Assembly (NCBI GenBank): GCA_050116795.1
Contig: JASFNY010000001.1
Location: 1 to 35,979, forward strand
DNA length: 35,979 nucleotides
From: Thiohalophilus sp.
GTDB taxonomy: Bacteria; Pseudomonadota; Gammaproteobacteria; UBA6429; Thiohalophilaceae
Direction of reading: 5' to 3'
Positions 7,984 to 16,900 of this stretch are shown here, piece after piece. The notes beneath the pieces were generated by a model. It made no database searches, was not told the origin of the DNA, and saw nothing but the letters and a program-made list of their open reading frames with translations. Made by a program: the position numbers and the translations under genes. Every line of letters begins with the position of its first letter. Within the stretch, counting starts at the first letter, position 1.

Positions 7984-10900
7984 TTGTCCATGTACCGCAT
8001 TGGAAAAAATGTGCAAGCCCCGCGTGCCCTGGTATATCTTGTATTATCAGTGCTTGGACTTCTATTTTCCATTGAGACAGCATCTGCAGAAGCCTGCCCC
8101 AATCCAAATGACATAAGTATCAATCACCAGCCGCAAAGCTATTGTGAGCTGTGCGGTGTTGGTGAGGTTACTCTCCGAGTCGAATACGGGCGTAACTTTA
8201 ATCCTGAAATAACCAATCTCGCCATTACCGAGGATTTCCAGGCCAGTGGGCTTGAACCGATCCCCGGCACTACCACGTTTAACACGCGTTTCGGCGCTGC
8301 ACCACTCTCAACTGATCCAACCCAAACTGCACCAGGCGAGTGGACCTGGGATCTTGGCGGCTTCTGGCTGGATCCGGCTGGTAACAACTCGGGTAACAGG
8401 CAGTACCTGGATATCACGTTCCAGGTACGGCGCTCGAACAGCCAGGACGAAGAGGGGCTCTATTTCGATAGTAAATCAGTGCAGGCTACCCTGGCCTATA
8501 CCACTGATACCGATACCTGTTCAGACGAAACTGACTCCCACACTCTGGACATGAATGCCCCGAATCCGAACATTACCAAGCTGGGCCGCAATGTCGACGC
8601 CAGTCAGGGCGGTTACACGAATCCCGTCTACGGTCACAATAACGATGACATCATCTGGCGCATACAGATCAGTAACAGCGGTCTGGCCGATATGCAGGAT
8701 CTTATGTTCACCGACCTGATGCAGGACGGAAACTTCGAGATTAACTATGCCTGTCCCTCTGAAGGCGAGGCGCTCTCCATTGCCAATGCCAACGGTGCCG
8801 GACCTGTTGGCGGATGTATCGCAGCGGGTAACAGTACGCTCAGCGATTGGGAAGTGACCAATCCTTTTGGTGACGCGGGCACGACAAATTATCCTAATGG
8901 TGGCAGTGTCAATGGGTTCAGCCGCAACCTGAACGGGTGGGAAGTGGATGTGGCCGCCGGTGGTTCCACTTTCATCTACCTGGTCGGCAAGGTCACGGCA
9001 GACGGCTCCTGTACTTCAGGAGGGCGCACCAACACGGCAAACCAGCTTGAGTTTGGCTGTGAGGTAGACGCCAACGGGGTAGGGGGTATTCCTAACGCTT
9101 CCAGCAGCAGTGCGGTGTTGCGAACTTACGTTGGTGATGTCAACGCACAGCTCACGATCAATCGACAGCTCACGGGTATCAATCCCGGACAGCCCGTCGG
9201 TTCCCGGGGTTACGTAACCCTGACTATCACCAACAATACCGGAGGTACCGTCAAGGACATTTATCTGGACGATGTTCTGCCACCAGAATACGTCGTCGAT
9301 CCTACGTACTGGAGCTCGGGTTTGACCAAGACTCTGCCGGTGCGAGGCACGCCGGTGGTAGGCGAGAGTTCCATCGACCCGCTGTATGGCAGCTACGATG
9401 GCATGATTGATCGCCTCACCTGGGAAAACCCGCAGGGATCGTTGAGTTCACCGTCGCAGGATCCATTGCAAAATACCGGTCCACAGTTTCGCCTGTGGAG
9501 TAGCACCTCTTATTCAGATAACGGGGAGACGTACGAACATCTGCTTCGTCATGGCGACGAAATTACCGTCACTTTTCCGATCGTTTTGATCAGCCAGGAC
9601 CGAAGTGTCGTTGAGCCTTACGATCTGGCGGCAAACCTTGATGTTACGCCGGAAGTCACCGGTGACGGGACCGACCCCGCTTACACCTCAAGCCTGAGCA
9701 ATAGTCTGACTATCGACTACAACACACTCTGTAATACACAAGGTGCTCAACAACTGACATTCAATGAGAACTTTGCCGCCTTCCCCGAGGACCTGGATGT
9801 CGCTATTAACGGTACCACCTTTATCCTCACCAATGATCCGAATCAGCAACTGACCCTGCCGGTGACATTGACGAATAACGGGGGACACGAAGCCAGGAAC
9901 TACCATCTGTACGTAACCTTCGGTACCACCATGGACGTGGTGAGCGCCCCGGCCGGGTGTAGTGTTGTTAATTCGCCGAATAGTACGCCGTCCAGTCCCG
10001 ACGAATGGCAACCCATTCCGCGGCAGGTGTGGGTCAAGGACCAGGTCACCCCGATAGCCATTCCATCGACGGCGACCGTCTACGAATGTACCTCACCAAC
10101 TGTCATCTCGCCTAATCAGTCGGTTAACTATAACTTCAACGTTATCAAAACCTCCGATGCTGGCAGGATCGCGGTGGATGATCTCACTTTCCGCGCTGAT
10201 GTGATCGGCGAGATTCTGCTCGATGACGGCACACCGCTGTGGTTCCCGACACCGGTGACGCGTGCTGACGGGCTGACCGATCCGAGCAACAACTACTCGC
10301 TGGATGCGGTCTGGGCACGAGTCATCGGGTTCAACCTGAAGAAGAGCCAGGTTGGTGAATGCAGTGAAAACCCGCCGGCAAGTTTCGACGGCAGTGGATT
10401 CGAACAGGTAGAAATCGGCGAGGAGTGTACTTATCTGATTGAAACCGGTGGGTGGTTCGGTTTTGAAACACCGGGTTATGCCTACATTGCGGTACAGAAT
10501 ATTGACGTTGTCGATGAAATCCCTGATGGCCAGGCCTATATCTCCAATACCGATCCCTATGCGGCTTCCACTTCGTTAATTGGTATCAATAATGATTTGT
10601 CTCGCAACCCGGCCGATCTCACAGCGCCGGATGAACGCTGGTTTGACTGGCGATTCAATACGGCCGACGCCAACCGCATCGAGATCGCCGATGAATGGTT
10701 CATCGTCAATACCACCACGCGGTTGCTGAATAAACCGGTGGATACTCGCGCTGTGCCCAACGTGCACAGTGCTGACAGTTTCAATGTACTGAACTCCACT
10801 TTCGATGCCACCTTCAGTAATCTCAATACCGGAGCGGTGGAGACCTACACACTCGGTCCCTCGACCGTTGGCTATCCGAACGAGCCAATACGCCGGGTAG

Positions 10901-13900
10901 ATCTGCGAATTACTGAACCGAATCTCCTGGTGGACAAACAGGTCTGTAACGAGACCCTGTATGGCTCGGGTACCGGTTGTTCCAATTTCGTCGACCTGGC
11001 CGACGACGGCGATACCCAGGACTCCTATATATATAGAATCACCCTGACCAACCAGGCCAGCAGTGCCGGTTATACGCGGGCCCCGGCCTACGATATCGTC
11101 TCGAGCGATGTGCTTGACAGCAGTGACATGGTCTATGTCGTGCCGTTTGCCAGCGACGGTCTCGACAACGACGGGGATGGGCTGATCGACGGCGCCGACA
11201 GCGACGGCGAGGGTGGCATCAGCGACAACGTGGTGGAAAACGGTACGCCACCCGTCATTACCTATTCGCATACACACAGTTCCGCACTGTTGAAGCTTGA
11301 GCCTGGCAGCAGCGTGACTTTCTACTACCGGGTCGATCCCGACGATTCGGTCGCACCGCTGCAGACGTTGACCAACACCGTGTCAGCGACTTATGACAGT
11401 CTGGCCGGGGACTCGGGAAATCAGACTGTCGCACCGGGAGCAACCGGCACTCTGGGTGGTGCTCGCTTCTATACCTCGGCAGATGCCTCGGCAGCAGTGC
11501 AGATTCTCCCACTGCAGACTCAACCGAAAACCATTTTGCAACTGTCCAACACGCCGCTGGGAGGCACACCTCAATCCGTGTCGATCGGCGAGGAAGTGGA
11601 ATACGAACTGCGGGCGTTTATCCCGGTTGCCAACCTGCGCAACTTTGTCATTCGCGATGAGTTGCCGGCAGGGATTCGCTGTAGCGAGGCTCCGGTGGTA
11701 AATCTGGATGCGGCTCCCTACAGTGCAGCCGGATTTTCACCGGGTGGGCAGATCACGCCTACCTGTACCGGTAACCTCGTGGAATGGAATTTTGGTGACC
11801 AGGAATTAACTGCGGCACCCAGTACCAGCCTGTTTGAATTCCCAGTCACCTTTATCGCCCGGGTTGAGAACATTGCGGCGAATATCGATGGCCAGGTAAT
11901 CAGTAATGGCGATCCCGCCACCGTAGCGCGTCTGAGTTATGTCAACGATGCCGGTTCAACGGTGACATTGAACTTTGGTCAGGTTGATCTGGAAGTCAGG
12001 GAGCCCGAGATTTCTCTGATCAAATCCTTTGCCGTGGCCAATAGTGATGCAGGGGATGTGCTCACCGTAACAGTCAGGGCTATCAATGGCGGTACTGCAT
12101 CGGCCTATAACCTCCAGGTCATGGACGATCTGGTCGGTACGAATCTGACTTACCTGGGCAACCTATCGGGTACCGATCCACCGGATGTGGTCGACACCAC
12201 AACTTTGGGTCCGGATCAACCCATCTTCAAATGGAATCCAACCAATCCGGATTATCAAATACCTGTTGGTGGGGTCAGAACATTCACATTCGATGTACGA
12301 GTCGACACCGCCGCCCAACCTCACGAAATTCTGAATAACACCGCGCAGGCCAGCTGGACCTCGTTGCCGTTACAGACCACGGCACTCAACAGTAGTGGCA
12401 CGATCGGCGCCGATGGTAGTGCCGACGGCATGCGTAACGGTGTATTACCGAACAATCCGCTCGACACCCTGAACGATTACGAAACGGAAGCCAGCGCCCA
12501 GACAGAAGTTCTGCCGCTGACCATGAACAAGACAGATCTGGATCCCGGCCTGGTACCGGCGGTAGGCGCGCGTAAACATTTCCAGATTGAAATCAGTCTG
12601 CCGGAAGGAACAACGCAGAACCTGGTTGCGACGGACAACCTGAATTTCGGTGCACTGAGTTATGTGCTGGAGAACAATGCCAGCTATGACGTGAGTTATA
12701 CCTTCCAGGATATCGCCAGCATCAATGGTCAGTCACCTTCAGAAGGAGCATTAACTGCCTTTCCGGCCGATGGTGCAACCGGAAACATCAGCTGGGACAT
12801 CGGCACCGTGGTTACAAGTACCGAGGATGATTTGACGGTCAATACTGTCAACCCGGTGATCCGTGTCGACTACTACGCACGTATTAACAATGATGCGGCG
12901 ACCAATGCCGGTGACGGCCTGCAGAACCAGGCAACGGTCAACTACAGCAACGGTGAAACGGCCGTGACCGAAACGTTGATAGATACCACGCCAGCCGTCA
13001 GCGTGGTAGAACCGCTGCTGAACATCAACAAGACCGTGGTTAATGTCAGCAATCCCGGTAATCCTCCGATTGCCGGCGATATCCTGCGTTACAGTCTGAA
13101 TATTACAGCCAGTAGCGGCGCCAGCTATTCCGATGCGCTTGATGTTTCGATTAACGACGATCTCAGTCTGGGGCTGGCTTACAGCGGCAATTCGACCGTC
13201 AATGGCGCCGGTAACACTATCAATGATCCTGTTACCAGCGGTGATGGCATCACCACTGCCCAGTCCATGCGCTGGAGCCTGGCCGATGCCAACGCCGATA
13301 TCGATGTGTCCGAGGGCAGCACGGTCACGGTCACCTACGACGTGGTGGTGCTGGACAACGTACTGCCCGGACAGCAGCTGACCAACAGCGCCTCGATTCA
13401 GTGGACCAGCCTGGATGGAGCTGATGCGGCCGAGCGCGACGGTACGGCAAGCCCGGCCTATAACGATTATTTCACCGGGCCGGTGACGGCAATTCTGAAT
13501 GCGCCCGATCTGAACACTATCAGCAAGGCACGCCTGACCGATACTTTTGGCAGCGGCGATGCCAATGTGCGAATCGGCGATATCGTGGATTACGAGTTGC
13601 GCCTGACGCTGCAGGAGGGAACCAGCGGTAATGTATTGGTCAGCGATAGCCTGCCGCAGGGGCTGGCATTTGAAGGTCTGGTCAGCATCAACGGGGACAG
13701 CAGTGCACCCTTTACCTCGGTCTCACCGTTTACCCATACCGCGATCAACAATGCGACGGTCAGCGGCGATCCCGCCATCGGGCCGACGACAGTCACTATT
13801 GATATTGGTGATATCGTCAATGCCGGTGACGGTAATCCGGCAAACAACGATTTCATCATCGTCTACCGGGCACGGGTGCTGGATAACGTCTTTGCCCAGG

Positions 13901-16900
13901 TCAACTCGACCACCCTGACCAACGCGGTCACCTTCCAGTATGACAACATCTCGGGCACCCAGACCCGCAGCAGCAGTCAGGCGATCACCCTGCTGCAACC
14001 GAACCTGAGTGTCAGCAAATCTGCCTCGGCTGCCGGTGGCGATACAGTCATCGAGGCCAATGAACTGGTGACCTATACCGTCGACATCAGTAACAGCGGT
14101 ACGGCACCGGCCTATGATCTGATGCTGCAGGACATCATACCTGTCGGTATGCGTAATGGTACCGCTACCATCACCATGGTCAGCACCACCATCGGCGGAA
14201 CACCGGTAGCGAACCCGGTGCCAATCTATGATGCGACCACCGGTATTGTTAACTGGAACCTGGATACCGGCGTCGCTGATTCCTATACCATCCCGGCGGG
14301 GCAGACTCTGTCCCTGGTGTACCAGGTCCAGGCCGATCCCGATATCGGTGCGGGTCTGACCCTGACCAACCAGGCACAGGGCCTGTCCTATTACTCGTTT
14401 GATGATGAAGCCGCTCCCACGGCGGGCAGTGTCAGCGGTGTGCGGGAAATTTATGGGCCAACCAATACCGCTTCGACCACACTGACTACCGATGCTCCAG
14501 GTGCGCCATTAAAAGAAAATCCGGCCTCGACCGATGTCACCATCGGCGAGACTTTCAGCTATCGCATCACCATCCCGGCGTCACCACATCCAACCGCGCT
14601 GCATGATGTACGCATCCTGGATAACCTGCCAGCGGGTTCCGGTGATGCCGATCTTGGTTTTGTCAGCGTCAGCAAGGTGTCCGGTTCACTGTCATGGACC
14701 CCGGTCAATACCGGCACGGCGACCAGCCTGGTGATCGAAGATACCACTGACGGTATCGATATCCCGGCGGGCGAACAGATCGTTATCGATGTTGCCGTGA
14801 TTGTAAATGACAGTTCAGACAACGTGGCAGGAGTGCTGTTTAACAATACCGCGAGTTATACCTATAACCAGCTGGACGATACGCCGGCAACCCAACAACC
14901 GGGCGGCAGCAGTACCACTGCCGACATGCGGATCGTCGAGCCGCAACTGGTGATGCAGAAATCCGGCCCGGGGCAGATGCAACTCGGTGTGCCGGAGACC
15001 TTCACGCTGGATCTTCAGAATACCGGTAACAGCACGGCCTGGGACATTACGGTCACGGACCTGTTGCCAAACCCCTCGCCGGGCGGCATGTGTGATACAC
15101 CGCCGGCAAACATTACCGCCCAGGTCTTCGAGGCTGACGGCAGTACGGCGGTATCCGGAGTGCTGGTGGAAGGGACCGATTATGTCAGCAGCTTCACCGG
15201 TGACCCGACCTGCAGCCTGACGCTGACAATGCAAACGGCGGACGCCGCGGTGGCGCCGACCCAGCGGCTGATTATTACTTACGAGGCTGAACTGGATCTC
15301 GATAATCCGCAGGCCCAGCCACTGACCAATATTGCCGGCGCCACCGAATGGTTCAGCCTGGATACCGCCGGTGCCGGTGCGACCGGTCAGATCCGTACCT
15401 ACAGCCGCGCGCTGACCGACGGTAGCCTGCTCCATGAAGATGCGCACACAGTAACTTCCGAGTTACCGGAACTCTCTATTCAGAAGACCGTTGACAACGT
15501 AACTTCCAGCCAGAGCCCGGCGAGCACCGCACAACCGGGCGATACCCTGAGTTACACCGTAACCATCACCAATATCAGTGATGTGCCGGTAACCGATTTC
15601 ACCCTGCGAGATGAACTGGATCGACTGAATACTACGCAATCGAAGTTTGCCGCCGGGACGTTGAACATCATCACTTTACCATCGGGTACGGATGTCAGTG
15701 ACAGCAATGGCGGGACGAATGGCACCGGCTTGCTGGAAATACAGAACCTCAACCTGGATGCTCAGGGCGGTGCCAATGACAGTCTGACCTTCGTGTATGA
15801 AGTCACTCTTGCCCCGGTTCTTACCAACGGCAGCCAGGTACTCAACCAGGCCCAGGTAATCATTCTCGATAGCCTGACACTGGATAGTGATGATCCGAAT
15901 ATCGGAGGTGCTGAAGATCCGACAGCCGTAACCATTAATTCTGCCCCGGCATTTGAAGTATGGAAGACTTCCCAGGATCTGACAGATGATCCGGCGACAC
16001 TCGAGGCGGGTGACAGGCTGCGCTATACCATCACGGTGAAGAACACCGGTACCGAGGATGCAGTGAATGTCACGCTGCGCGATCAGATACCGGGTAACAC
16101 CAGCTATGACCCCGGGAGTACCACCTTGAATGGTAGCCCGGTAGGCGATCCGTCGAACGGGGTGTCGGCACTGGAAAGCGGCATGCTGATCAATGCCCCG
16201 GAGAATACCACCGCCGGTTATCTGCGTGCCGACAGCAGCGCCACCACCAGTAACGTGTCAACGATCACCTTCGATGTCATTGTCGATACCAATGCGGTCG
16301 ACGGTACCGTGATCTCCAACCAGGGATTCGTTAACGGGCAAGGGCAGGGCAGCGGTAGCTTCCCGGAACAGCCGTCGGATGATCCTTCGACCGCACTGGT
16401 TGATGATCCGACCATCGACGTGGTGGGCAGCGTTCCGCTGGTCGATTCGCAAAAAATCGTCAGCATCGTCATCGACAACGATGGTGATGGTATCGTCGAT
16501 CCCGGCGACCGGCTGCAATACACCATCATCACCACCAACTTCGGGGCCTTGCCGGCCACGGGCGTAGTCCTGACCGATGCGATCCCGGCCGATACGACTT
16601 ATGTACCCAACAGTACAACGTTGAACACTCTTGCCGTACCGGATCCCGCTGCCGGTGTGTCGGCACTGGAAAGCGGGCTGGATATCAGCTCTTCGGATCT
16701 TACTCCCCCGTTGCCCACCGCCGGTAACGGTACCCTGTCACCGGGTCAGGCGGCGACGGTCACTTTCGAAGTCGATGTGACCGGTGGCGTGCTCATCAGT
16801 AACCAGGGCACGGTTAGCAACAACGAACTGCCGGATGAACCAACTGACCAGGATGGTATCGACAGCAATGGCGATCAACCGACCATCATCGGCGTGGGTA

